Below, piece after piece: positions 10,561 to 21,482 of a stretch of DNA of 64,000 nucleotides (position 1 is its first letter; each line of letters starts with the position of its first letter). Location: NCBI RefSeq assembly GCF_057098645.1, contig NZ_CM169472.1; one strand, 5' to 3'. A model generated the notes under the pieces. It was given only the letters and a program-made list of their open reading frames with translations, had not been told where the DNA came from and ran no database searches. The translations under genes were made by a program, and so were the position numbers.

Positions 10561-10644
10561 TTATTCAATAAACTGACGGATCAGTTCCAGCAGCGCGATT
10601 AGCGCCTTAAGAACGATGAGAACTTTATCGAGAAAAGTTTTCAT
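10561..10644 (-). CDS. Candidate type I toxin, 27-aa TisB/DinQ-like small membrane peptide (MKTFLDKVLIVLKALIALLELIRQFIE)
   Basis: Hand-translated minus-strand ORF ATG(10644)...TAA(10561); GGGAG SD 6 nt upstream; amphipathic hydrophobic helix; core ALIALLELIR matches my recollection of DinQ; below the 60-aa cutoff of the ORF track. Confidence 0.55.
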   Translation of the reverse strand: MKTFLDKVLIVLKALIALLELIRQFIE

Positions 10645-10869
10645 CCGTTGCTCCCTTAAGGGAGAAAGACAATCACAGCTTACCCTTACGTTGCCTGTAA
10701 CTATGATTTTCTTCATGTGCTAGATGAGGACTGCCTCTCTCCAAATTAGAGCACCAGAATCAGCACCACCTGTATCCTGACCAGGACTTAAAAGTACTTT
10801 TCCGCACTGCGGTAATCCCTTGAGGCAGTATCACTACTAGCGTCGGGATTGTATCGCCAACATAGCTGT

Positions 10870-10898
10870 TTGAATATGTAGGCATCCTGACTTATAAT
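10870..10898 (+). promoter_or_regulatory. Near-consensus sigma70 promoter (TTGAAT-17-TATAAT) for the candidate antitoxin sRNA
   Basis: ttgaat at 10870-10875 and tataat at 10893-10898 with 17-bp spacer. Confidence 0.5.
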
Positions 10899-10904
10899 TC
10901 ACTT

Positions 10905-10990
10905 GCTAGATGAGGACTGTTTCATTTCTGCCCGGAACCACCAAGTCTTGGGCGGAAAAAATAAAAAAACCGACTGTCATGTCGGTTTTT
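10905..10990 (+). ncRNA. Candidate antisense sRNA (IstR/AgrB-like antitoxin), about 86 nt
   Basis: Starts about 7 nt after the -10; 5' end tgctagatgaggactg (10904-10919) is a direct repeat of 10718-10733, so it is complementary to the toxin 5' UTR; ends in hairpin ccgac-tgtcat-gtcgg followed by a T7 tract. Confidence 0.5.
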
Positions 10991-11055
10991 TTATATCTGT
11001 ATTCTGGTGCAACCATTCTGTTCTCACGACAATCGCCGTTTCAGAATACCGCCCA

Positions 11056-12165
<1,110 letters not shown>

Positions 12166-12218
12166 TCAAATCAGCTTGCGCGCTATTTTACGCGCCAACG
12201 CGCAAGGAAACTTGATTT

Positions 12219-13145
12219 TTAACTGCGTGGGTTGCCGAAAATTTCTAAAAATCCGCTGATTTCCGGCCTGCGCTGGGTAAACAAGGTCACAATATCTTCT
12301 ACCGCTTTGCCGCTGCCAAATTTGCGCCATGCCAGACTCAATGGCGAAGGAGGGCGCATCGTTGGGATTACCCGGCTGACCAGTTGTTGATTATCGATCA
12401 TTGACTGGCAAAGCGATTTTGGCAAAAAACCAATGCCAACGCCCGCCAGATGGGCGGCGATTTTCGTTTCCATATCAGGAACAATAATCTCTTTTTGACC
12501 CGGCAATCGCCAGGCGACGCGTTTGGTTAAGGTGCGGGCGCTGTCTTCAATATTGACCGCCGGAAAGCGCCGCAACTGCGCTTCTGTTAGCGGCTCTTCA
12601 ACGTTCGCTAGCGGATGATCCGCCGCCATGACAAAGCGCCATTGCACCGATCCTAAGGGATCAAGACTAAAGGTATTTGCCAGCGCCTCAGTTCCCGTGA
12701 CGCCGATAGCCAGCGAAAAACCTTCGTACAATAGCGAGTCCCAGACGCCCATATAGATTTGTCGGGAGATGTGAAACTGGGTAAAGGGGTAACGCTCATT
12801 CAGCCACGCCAGCAACTGGGCGACGGCCTGGGGGTTATAGAGCTGGTTGTTGATGACAATATTCACCTGGCGTTCCACGCCATCATTCACCTGTTGCAAC
12901 TCGCTGGGCATACTTTCCAGCCAGCTCAGCCAGTCTCTGGCCTGGGAAAGTAGATGCTCGCCAGCCGCTGTCAACGTCACGCTGCGAGTCGTGCGGAAAA
13001 ACAGCGCTACTCCGGTATTCTCTTCCAGAAGTTTAATGCGATAACTGATCGTCGCCGTGGTTTTACATAATCGTTCTGCCGCTTTTGAAAAACTTCCTGT
13101 TTCAGCAACCGCAATGAAAGTCCGCAAGGTTTCTGGATCGAACAT
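12219..13145 (-). CDS. allS: LysR-family transcriptional activator AllS
   Basis: 308 aa; N-terminal HTH; divergent from allA. Confidence 0.85.
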   Translation of the reverse strand: MFDPETLRTFIAVAETGSFSKAAERLCKTTATISYRIKLLEENTGVALFFRTTRSVTLTAAGEHLLSQARDWLSWLESMPSELQQVNDGVERQVNIVINNQLYNPQAVAQLLAWLNERYPFTQFHISRQIYMGVWDSLLYEGFSLAIGVTGTEALANTFSLDPLGSVQWRFVMAADHPLANVEEPLTEAQLRRFPAVNIEDSARTLTKRVAWRLPGQKEIIVPDMETKIAAHLAGVGIGFLPKSLCQSMIDNQQLVSRVIPTMRPPSPLSLAWRKFGSGKAVEDIVTLFTQRRPEISGFLEIFGNPRS

Positions 13146-13252
13146 CTTCAGGTATCCCCTTTTAAATCCGCAAGTTGCGTGATTTTCTTATCCTCTGATT
13201 TATCAGTATTTTTACATGATAACCCTGTTCAATTTGTGGACTAAATCTAGTT

Positions 13253-13269
13253 TTGGAAAAATATTCCAA
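13253..13269. promoter_or_regulatory. Candidate AllR operator in the allS-allA intergenic region
   Basis: Palindrome ttggaaaa-a-tattccaa. Confidence 0.45.
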
Positions 13270-13374
13270 CTTTTGTGTTGATGTTGTTCTCTTAAGGTTT
13301 TAGATTGCCTGTTATTGAAACCAAGCTGACCGGTCGGCGGTGGTTGAACGGAATTATGTTACAAGGACAAAAAG

Positions 13375-13857
13375 ATGAAACTTCAGGTATTACCGTTAAG
13401 TCAGGAAGCCTTTAGTGCTTATGGCGACGTAATCGAAACGCAGCAACGGGATTTTTTCCATATTAACAATGGCCTGGTGGAGCGTTACCACGATTTGGCG
13501 CTGGTTGAGATTCTTGAGCAAGACCGTACGCTTATCAGCATTAACCGCGCGCAACCGGCGAATCTGCCGCTGACCATTCACGAACTCGAACGTCATCCGC
13601 TGGGTACTCAGGCCTTTATCCCGATGAAAGGTGAGGTGTTTGTGGTGGTCGTGGCGTTAGGTGACGACAAACCAGACCTGTCAACCCTGCGGGCGTTTAT
13701 TACCAACGGCGAACAGGGAGTGAATTACCATCGTAACGTCTGGCATCACCCACTTTTTGCCTGGCAGCGCGTCACCGATTTTCTGACCATCGATCGCGGC
13801 GGCAGTGACAACTGTGATGTTGAAAGTATTCCTGAACAGGAACTCTGTTTTGCGTGA
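13375..13857 (+). CDS. allA: Ureidoglycolate lyase
   Basis: 160 aa; position and length match AllA. Confidence 0.85.
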
Positions 13858-13934
13858 CGCCTGCAACCGACTTGCATAAGATAAACTAATTGTTCATTGT
13901 TTATGCTCACTTGTAGGTCGGAGTTAACGTAGGT

Positions 13935-14750
13935 ATGACGGAAGTTAGACGGCGCGGCAGGCCAGGACAGGCGGAGCCTGTGGCACAGAAGGGCGCACAG
14001 GCATTAGAGCGGGGAATTGCGATTCTGCAATATCTGGAAAAAAGTGGGGGAAGTTCATCGGTTAGCGATATTTCTCTCAATCTGGATTTGCCGCTCTCCA
14101 CGACCTTTCGCTTGCTGAAGGTTTTACAGGCAGCGGATTTTGTCTATCAGGACAGTCAGTTAGGCTGGTGGCATATAGGATTAGGTGTCTTTAACGTCGG
14201 TGCAGCGTACATCCATAACCGCGATGTCCTCTCCGTCGCCGGGCCGTTTATGCGCCGTCTGATGTTACTTTCCGGCGAAACGGTCAATGTCGCGATCCGT
14301 AACGGCAATGAAGCGGTATTAATTGGTCAGTTAGAGTGTAAATCGATGGTCAGGATGTGTGCGCCACTGGGCAGTCGTCTGCCACTGCATGCTTCCGGTG
14401 CGGGCAAAGCGCTGCTTTATCCGCTGGCGGAAGAGGAGTTGATGAGCATCATTCTGCAAACCGGTTTGCAGCAGTTTACGCCAACTACGCTTGTGGATAT
14501 GCCCACCTTACTGAAGGACCTGGAGCAAGCGCGTGAACTGGGCTATACCGTAGATAAAGAAGAGCATGTTGTAGGTCTGAATTGCATAGCTTCAGCAATT
14601 TACGATGATGTAGGTAGTGTTGTTGCCGCTATCTCCATCTCCGGGCCTTCATCAAGACTGACAGAAGATCGTTTTGTCAGTCAGGGTGAGCTGGTCAGAG
14701 ACACCGCCCGCGATATCAGCACGGCGTTGGGACTGAAAGCACATCCATAG
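13935..14750 (+). CDS. allR: IclR-family repressor AllR
   Basis: 271 aa; N-terminal HTH and IclR effector domain. Confidence 0.9.
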
Positions 14751-14762
14751 TGTCTGTCGCAT

Positions 14763-14787
14763 CCCGCTCTGCGGAGCGGGTTTTTTT
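14763..14787 (+). terminator. Rho-independent terminator after allR
   Basis: cccgctc-tgcg-gagcggg followed by ttttttt. Confidence 0.7.
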
Positions 14788-14802
14788 GACAAAATTTGAA
14801 AG

Positions 14803-14819
14803 TTAGAAAATTTTTCCGA
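14803..14819. promoter_or_regulatory. Candidate AllR operator upstream of gcl
   Basis: tagaaaatttttccgat, half-palindrome gaaaa/ttttc similar to the allS-allA site. Confidence 0.35.
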
Positions 14820-14839
14820 TTAATAGAGGTAGGAATAAA

Positions 14840-16621
14840 ATGGCAAAAATGAGAGCCGTTGACGCGGCAATGTATGTGCTGGCGAAAGAAGGTATCACCA
14901 CCGCCTTCGGTGTTCCGGGAGCTGCAATCAATCCGTTCTACTCAGCGATGCGTAAGCACGGCGGTATTCGTCACATTCTGGCGCGTCATGTGGAAGGTGC
15001 TTCGCACATGGCGGAAGGTTATACCCGCGCAACGGCAGGGAATATCGGCGTATGTCTAGGGACTTCCGGTCCTGCGGGCACGGACATGATCACCGCGCTC
15101 TATTCTGCTTCTGCTGATTCCATTCCTATTCTGTGCATTACCGGCCAGGCTCCGCGCGCCCGTCTGCATAAAGAAGATTTTCAGGCCGTAGATATTGAAG
15201 CAATTGCTAAACCGGTCAGCAAAATGGCGGTTACAGTACGTGAAGCGGCGCTGGTGCCTCGCGTGCTGCAACAGGCATTTCACCTGATGCGTTCTGGTCG
15301 TCCGGGTCCGGTACTGGTGGATTTACCGTTCGACGTTCAGGTTACGGAAATCGAGTTTGATCCTGACATGTACGAACCGCTGCCGGTCTACAAACCTGCT
15401 GCCAGCCGTATGCAGATCGAAAAAGCTGTAGAAATGTTAATCCAGGCCGAACGTCCGGTGATTGTTGCCGGGGGCGGGGTAATCAATGCTGACGCAGCTG
15501 CACTGTTACAACAGTTTGCTGTACTGACCAGCGTTCCGGTGATCCCAACACTGATGGGCTGGGGCTGTATCCCGGACGATCATGAACTGATGGCCGGGAT
15601 GGTCGGTCTGCAAACCGCGCATCGTTACGGTAACGCAACGCTGCTGGCGTCCGACATGGTGTTTGGTATCGGTAACCGTTTTGCTAACCGTCATACCGGT
15701 TCGGTAGAGAAATACACCGAAGGGCGCAAAATCGTTCATATCGATATTGAGCCGACGCAAATTGGCCGCGTGCTGTGTCCGGATCTCGGCATTGTCTCTG
15801 ATGCTAAAGCGGCGCTGACACTGCTGGTTGAAGTGGCGCAGGAGATGCAAAAAGCGGGTCGTCTGCCGTGTCGTAAAGAATGGGTCGCCGACTGCCAGCA
15901 GCGCAAACGCACTTTGCTGCGCAAAACCCACTTCGACAACGTGCCGGTGAAACCGCAGCGCGTGTATGAAGAGATGAACAAAGCCTTTGGTCGCGATGTT
16001 TGTTATGTTACCACCATCGGTCTGTCACAAATCGCTGCGGCACAAATGCTGCATGTCTTTAAAGACCGCCACTGGATCAACTGTGGTCAGGCTGGTCCGT
16101 TAGGCTGGACGATTCCGGCGGCGCTAGGGGTTTGTGCCGCTGATCCGAAACGCAATGTGGTGGCGATTTCCGGTGACTTCGACTTCCAGTTCCTGATTGA
16201 AGAGTTAGCCGTTGGCGCGCAGTTCAACATTCCGTACATCCATGTGCTGGTGAATAACGCCTATCTCGGCCTGATTCGTCAGTCACAACGCGCCTTTGAC
16301 ATGGACTACTGCGTGCAACTCGCTTTCGAGAATATCAACTCCAGCGAAGTGAACGGTTACGGCGTCGACCACGTAAAAGTAGCGGAAGGTTTAGGTTGTA
16401 AAGCGATTCGCGTCTTCAAACCGGAAGATATTGCACCGGCCTTTGAACAGGCGAAAGCCTTAATGGCGCAATATCGGGTACCGGTAGTCGTGGAAGTTAT
16501 TCTCGAGCGTGTGACCAATATTTCGATGGGCAGCGAACTGGATAACGTCATGGAATTTGAAGATATCGCCGATAACGCAGCGGATGCACCGACTGAAACC
16601 TGCTTCATGCACTATGAATAA
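14840..16621 (+). CDS. gcl: Glyoxylate carboligase (ThDP-dependent)
   Basis: 593 aa; position and length match Gcl. Confidence 0.9.
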   Translation: MAKMRAVDAAMYVLAKEGITTAFGVPGAAINPFYSAMRKHGGIRHILARHVEGASHMAEGYTRATAGNIGVCLGTSGPAGTDMITALYSASADSIPILCITGQAPRARLHKEDFQAVDIEAIAKPVSKMAVTVREAALVPRVLQQAFHLMRSGRPGPVLVDLPFDVQVTEIEFDPDMYEPLPVYKPAASRMQIEKAVEMLIQAERPVIVAGGGVINADAAALLQQFAVLTSVPVIPTLMGWGCIPDDHELMAGMVGLQTAHRYGNATLLASDMVFGIGNRFANRHTGSVEKYTEGRKIVHIDIEPTQIGRVLCPDLGIVSDAKAALTLLVEVAQEMQKAGRLPCRKEWVADCQQRKRTLLRKTHFDNVPVKPQRVYEEMNKAFGRDVCYVTTIGLSQIAAAQMLHVFKDRHWINCGQAGPLGWTIPAALGVCAADPKRNVVAISGDFDFQFLIEELAVGAQFNIPYIHVLVNNAYLGLIRQSQRAFDMDYCVQLAFENINSSEVNGYGVDHVKVAEGLGCKAIRVFKPEDIAPAFEQAKALMAQYRVPVVVEVILERVTNISMGSELDNVMEFEDIADNAADAPTETCFMHYE

Positions 16622-16633
16622 GGGAGATAAATA

Positions 16634-17410
16634 ATGTTACGTTTCTCTGCTAATTTATCGATGTTATTTGGTGAATATGATTTTCTCGCCCGTTTTGAGA
16701 AAGCTGCGCAGTGTGGTTTTCGCGGCGTTGAATTTATGTTTCCTTATGACTACGACATTGAAGAATTAAAACAGGTGCTGGCGAGTAATAAACTCGAACA
16801 TACGCTGCACAATTTACCGGCGGGTGACTGGGCGGCGGGGGAGCGCGGTATTGCCTGTATTCCTGGTCGTGAAGAAGAGTTTCGGGATGGCGTAGCAGCA
16901 GCGATTCGTTATGCCCGTGCGCTGGGTAATAAAAAAATTAACTGTCTGGTCGGTAAAACGCCGGCTGGTTTCAGCAGTGAACAGATTCACGCAACGCTTG
17001 TAGAAAACCTGCGTTATGCCGCGAATATGCTGATGAAAGAAGATATTTTATTACTGATTGAACCTATTAACCATTTTGATATTCCTGGTTTCCATCTCAC
17101 CGGAACTCGGCAGGCGCTGAAATTGATTGATGATGTTGGTTGCTGCAATTTGAAAATTCAGTATGACATTTATCACATGCAGCGGATGGAAGGTGAATTA
17201 ACCAACACCATGACTCAGTGGGCCGATAAAATTGGTCACCTGCAAATTGCCGATAATCCGCATCGCGGCGAACCGGGGACCGGAGAAATTAATTATGATT
17301 ATCTCTTTAAGGTAATCGAAAATTCTGACTACAACGGTTGGGTTGGTTGTGAATATAAACCCCAAACCACCACGGAAGCCGGTTTACGCTGGATGGATCC
17401 GTACCGTTAA
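16634..17410 (+). CDS. hyi: Hydroxypyruvate isomerase
   Basis: 258 aa TIM-barrel-like ORF directly downstream of gcl. Confidence 0.85.
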   Translation: MLRFSANLSMLFGEYDFLARFEKAAQCGFRGVEFMFPYDYDIEELKQVLASNKLEHTLHNLPAGDWAAGERGIACIPGREEEFRDGVAAAIRYARALGNKKINCLVGKTPAGFSSEQIHATLVENLRYAANMLMKEDILLLIEPINHFDIPGFHLTGTRQALKLIDDVGCCNLKIQYDIYHMQRMEGELTNTMTQWADKIGHLQIADNPHRGEPGTGEINYDYLFKVIENSDYNGWVGCEYKPQTTTEAGLRWMDPYR

Positions 17411-17509
17411 AACGTAACGCTATTCAGGCAATGCTTTTTTAGGCCGCTAAGTTGGCAGGGGATCGTGTTGTCTGAATCCAGGAAAAGCAAAATTTAAAAG
17501 AGGTTAATT

Positions 17510-18388
17510 ATGAAACTGGGATTTATTGGCTTAGGCATTATGGGTACACCGATGGCCATTAATCTGGCGCGTGCCGGTCATCAACTGCATGTCACAACCA
17601 TTGGTCCGGTTGCTGATGAATTACTGTCACTGGGTGCCGTCAGTGTTGAAACTGCGCACCAGGTAACGGAAGCATCGGACATCATTTTTATTATGGTGCC
17701 GGATACACCACAGGTTGAAGAAGTTCTGTTCGGTGAAAATGGTTGTACCAAAGCCTCGCTGAAGGGCAAAACCATTGTTGATATGAGCTCCATTTCCCCG
17801 ATTGAAACTAAACGTTTCGCTCGTCAGGTGAATGAACTGGGCGGTGATTATCTCGATGCGCCAGTCTCCGGCGGCGAAATCGGCGCGCGTGAAGGTACGT
17901 TGTCAATTATGGTTGGCGGTGACGAAGCGGTATTTGAACGTGTTAAACCGCTATTTGAACTGCTCGGTAAAAATATCACCCTTGTGGGCGGTAACGGCGA
18001 CGGTCAAACCTGCAAAGTGGCAAATCAGATTATTGTGGCGCTCAATATTGAAGCGGTCTCTGAAGCTCTGCTGTTTGCTTCAAAAGCCGGTGCAGACCCG
18101 GTACGTGTGCGCCAGGCGCTGATGGGCGGCTTTGCTTCCTCACGTATTCTGGAAGTTCACGGTGAGCGCATGATTAAACGCACCTTTAATCCAGGTTTCA
18201 AAATTGCGCTGCACCAGAAAGATCTCAACCTGGCACTGCAAAGTGCGAAGACACTGGCGCTGAACCTGCCAAACACCGCGACCTGCCAGGAGTTATTTAA
18301 TACCTGTGCGGCAAACGGTGGCAGCCAGTTGGATCACTCTGCGTTAGTGCAGGCGCTGGAATTAATGGCGAATCATAAACTGGCCTGA
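17510..18388 (+). CDS. glxR: Tartronate semialdehyde reductase
   Basis: 292 aa; NAD-binding GFIGLGIMG. Confidence 0.9.
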   Translation: MKLGFIGLGIMGTPMAINLARAGHQLHVTTIGPVADELLSLGAVSVETAHQVTEASDIIFIMVPDTPQVEEVLFGENGCTKASLKGKTIVDMSSISPIETKRFARQVNELGGDYLDAPVSGGEIGAREGTLSIMVGGDEAVFERVKPLFELLGKNITLVGGNGDGQTCKVANQIIVALNIEAVSEALLFASKAGADPVRVRQALMGGFASSRILEVHGERMIKRTFNPGFKIALHQKDLNLALQSAKTLALNLPNTATCQELFNTCAANGGSQLDHSALVQALELMANHKLA

Positions 18389-18419
18389 TACCCGCAATAA
18401 AAATGGCCGATATCAGAAT

Positions 18420-18698
18420 ATGAATCGGCCAGCAATATTAAAAAAGAAAGCAGCCAAAGATGTTGCTTCAGTATTAAAAATAATATTTTTATTTTATTTG
18501 TTCCTCATAGCTAGATTAAAACAACGTTATTCGATACGTGAAATTAAGAGGGATTTATGGAACATCAGAGAAAACTATTCCAGCAACGCGGCTATAGCGA
18601 AGATCTATTGCCGAAAACGCAAAGCCAGCGGACCTGGAAAACATTTAACTATTTTACCTTATGGATGGGTTCGGTTCATAACGTTCCCAATTATGTGA
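18420..18698 (+). CDS. ybbV: Small predicted ORF (YbbV-like) overlapping the start of ybbW
   Basis: 92-aa ORF in an AT-rich stretch; no clear SD; coding status doubtful. Confidence 0.2.
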   Translation: MNRPAILKKKAAKDVASVLKIIFLFYLFLIARLKQRYSIREIKRDLWNIRENYSSNAAIAKIYCRKRKASGPGKHLTILPYGWVRFITFPIM

Positions 18699-20011
18699 TG
18701 GTCGGCGGCTTTTTTATTCTCGGCTTGTCTACCTTTAGTATTATGTTGGCAATTATCCTCAGCGCCTTTTTCATTGCCGCGGTAATGGTATTAAACGGTG
18801 CTGCGGGCAGTAAATACGGCGTACCGTTTGCCATGATCCTGCGTGCTTCTTACGGCGTACGTGGCGCACTGTTTCCCGGATTATTAAGAGGCGGTATTGC
18901 TGCCATTATGTGGTTTGGCCTGCAATGTTACGCGGGGTCACTGGCCTGCTTGATTCTGATTGGCAAAATCTGGCCGGGATTTTTGACTCTCGGTGGTGAT
19001 TTCACTCTGTTAGGCCTTTCTCTACCGGGCTTAATTACTTTCTTACTCTTCTGGCTGGTCAACGTTGGTATAGGTTTTGGCGGTGGCAAAGTTTTAAATA
19101 AATTCACTGCCATTCTTAACCCGTGCATCTATATCGTTTTCGGCGGTATGGCGATTTGGGCGATTTCGCTGGTCGGGCTCGGTCCAATCTTTGACTACAT
19201 TCCGAGCGGTATTCAGAAAGCAGAAAACAGTGGATTCTTGTTCCTGGTGGTGATTAACGCGGTAGTTGCGGTCTGGGCGGCACCGGCGGTGAGCGCATCC
19301 GACTTTACGCAAAACGCCCACTCGTTTCGTGAGCAAGCGCTGGGGCAAACGCTGGGTTTAGTTGTGGCCTATATTCTGTTTGCGGTCGCTGGGGTATGTA
19401 TTATTGCCGGAGCCAGTATTCACTACGGCGCTGACACCTGGAACGTGCTGGATATTGTTCAGCGTTGGGACAGCCTGTTTGCCTCGTTCTTTGCGGTACT
19501 GGTTATTCTGATGACGACCATTTCCACTAACGCCACCGGTAATATTATTCCGGCCGGTTATCAGATTGCTGCCATTGCACCGACAAAACTGACCTATAAA
19601 AACGGCGTACTGATTGCCAGTATTATCAGCCTGCTGATCTGCCCGTGGAAATTAATGGAAAATCAGGACAGTATTTATCTGTTCCTCGATATCATCGGCG
19701 GAATGCTGGGTCCGGTAATTGGTGTCATGATGGCGCATTATTTTGTGGTGATGCGTGGGCAAATTAATCTTGATGAACTGTACACCGCACCTGGCGATTA
19801 TAAATATTACGATAACGGTTTTAACCTCACCGCGTTTTCAGTAACTCTGGTGGCCGTTATTTTATCTCTTGGCGGTAAGTTTATTCCCTTTATGGAACCG
19901 TTATCGCGTGTTTCATGGTTTGTCGGCGTCATCGTCGCCTTTGCGGCCTACGCCTTATTAAAGAAACGTACAACAGCAGAAAAAACAGGAGAGCAAAAAA
20001 CCATAGGTTAA
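18557..20011 (+). CDS. ybbW: Allantoin permease (NCS1 family)
   Basis: 484-aa multi-TM ORF. Confidence 0.85.
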   Translation: MEHQRKLFQQRGYSEDLLPKTQSQRTWKTFNYFTLWMGSVHNVPNYVMVGGFFILGLSTFSIMLAIILSAFFIAAVMVLNGAAGSKYGVPFAMILRASYGVRGALFPGLLRGGIAAIMWFGLQCYAGSLACLILIGKIWPGFLTLGGDFTLLGLSLPGLITFLLFWLVNVGIGFGGGKVLNKFTAILNPCIYIVFGGMAIWAISLVGLGPIFDYIPSGIQKAENSGFLFLVVINAVVAVWAAPAVSASDFTQNAHSFREQALGQTLGLVVAYILFAVAGVCIIAGASIHYGADTWNVLDIVQRWDSLFASFFAVLVILMTTISTNATGNIIPAGYQIAAIAPTKLTYKNGVLIASIISLLICPWKLMENQDSIYLFLDIIGGMLGPVIGVMMAHYFVVMRGQINLDELYTAPGDYKYYDNGFNLTAFSVTLVAVILSLGGKFIPFMEPLSRVSWFVGVIVAFAAYALLKKRTTAEKTGEQKTIG

Positions 20012-20070
20012 TTAATCCCGATATTGAACATTGAGTTAAAAACCAATCTGTATTTTACAAGGAGTTTGTT

Positions 20071-21432
20071 ATGTCTTTTGATTTAACCATTAAAAACGGC
20101 ACCGTTATTTTAGAAAACGAAGCTCGCGTTGTAGATATCGCCGTTAAAGGCGGCAAAATTGCTGCTATCGGTCAGGATCTGGGCGATGCAAAAGAAGTTA
20201 TGGATGCGTCTGGTCTGGTGGTTTCGCCGGGCATGGTTGATGCGCACACCCATATTTCTGAACCGGGTCGTAGCCACTGGGAAGGTTATGAAACCGGTAC
20301 TCGCGCAGCGGCAAAAGGTGGTATCACCACCATGATCGAAATGCCGCTCAACCAGCTGCCTGCAACGGTTGACCGCGCTTCAATTGAACTGAAGTTCGAT
20401 GCCGCTAAAGGCAAGCTGACTATCGATGCGGCACAACTCGGTGGTCTGGTGTCTTACAACATCGACCGTCTGCATGAGCTGGATGAAGTGGGCGTTGTCG
20501 GCTTCAAATGCTTCGTTGCGACCTGTGGCGATCGCGGTATCGACAACGACTTCCGTGATGTAAACGACTGGCAGTTCTTCAAAGGTGCGCAGAAGCTGGG
20601 CGAACTGGGGCAGCCGGTGCTGGTGCACTGCGAAAACGCGCTGATCTGTGACGCACTGGGCGAAGAAGCGAAACGTGAAGGTCGCGTAACTGCCCATGAC
20701 TATGTGGCTTCGCGTCCGGTATTTACCGAAGTGGAAGCGATTCGCCGCGTGCTGTATCTGGCGAAAGTTGCCGGTTGCCGTCTGCACGTTTGCCATATCA
20801 GCAGCCCGGAAGGTGTTGAGGAAGTGACTCGTGCACGTCAGGAAGGTCAGGACGTTACTTGTGAATCCTGCCCGCATTACTTTGTACTGGATACCGATCA
20901 GTTCGAAGAAATTGGTACTCTGGCGAAGTGTTCACCGCCGATCCGCGATCTGGAAAACCAGAAAGGTATGTGGGAAAAACTGTTTAACGGTGAAATCGAC
21001 TGCCTGGTTTCCGACCACTCACCATGCCCTCCGGAAATGAAAGCCGGCAACATCATGGAAGCATGGGGTGGTATTGCCGGTCTGCAAAACTGTATGGACG
21101 TGATGTTCGATGAAGCGGTACAGAAACGCGGAATGTCTCTGCCAATGTTCGGCAAATTAATGGCGACTAACGCAGCAGATATTTTCGGTCTGCAGCAAAA
21201 AGGCCGTATCGCCCCAGGAAAAGATGCCGACTTCGTCTTCATTCAGCCGAATAGCAGCTATGTTCTGACCAATGACGATCTGGAATATCGCCACAAAGTC
21301 AGCCCGTATGTTGGCCGTACCATTGGCGCGCGTATCACGAAAACCATCTTACGTGGTGATGTGATTTACGACATTGAACAGGGCTTCCCTGTTGCGCCGA
21401 AAGGTCAATTTATCCTTAAACATCAGCAGTAA
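20071..21432 (+). CDS. allB: Allantoinase
   Basis: 453 aa; amidohydrolase metal-binding motif [10 protein letters not shown]. Confidence 0.9.
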   Translation: MSFDLTIKNGTVILENEARVVDIAVKGGKIAAIGQDLGDAKEVMDASGLVVSPGMVDAHTHISEPGRSHWEGYETGTRAAAKGGITTMIEMPLNQLPATVDRASIELKFDAAKGKLTIDAAQLGGLVSYNIDRLHELDEVGVVGFKCFVATCGDRGIDNDFRDVNDWQFFKGAQKLGELGQPVLVHCENALICDALGEEAKREGRVTAHDYVASRPVFTEVEAIRRVLYLAKVAGCRLHVCHISSPEGVEEVTRARQEGQDVTCESCPHYFVLDTDQFEEIGTLAKCSPPIRDLENQKGMWEKLFNGEIDCLVSDHSPCPPEMKAGNIMEAWGGIAGLQNCMDVMFDEAVQKRGMSLPMFGKLMATNAADIFGLQQKGRIAPGKDADFVFIQPNSSYVLTNDDLEYRHKVSPYVGRTIGARITKTILRGDVIYDIEQGFPVAPKGQFILKHQQ

Positions 21433-21482
21433 TCTGGCCCCTGCAATGCCCGTCCTTGCGGCGGGCATTCTCCGGTTAAGGT

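Noticed and set aside
10740-10900. Search for a LexA (SOS) box near the toxin/sRNA promoters
   Set aside because: Only half-site-like matches (ctgt-N8-gtag, ctg-N9-cag) were found by eye; no CTGT-N8-ACAG. SOS regulation cannot be claimed.
20380-20877. 165-aa minus-strand ORF inside allB
   Set aside because: Antisense to allB, no independent support.
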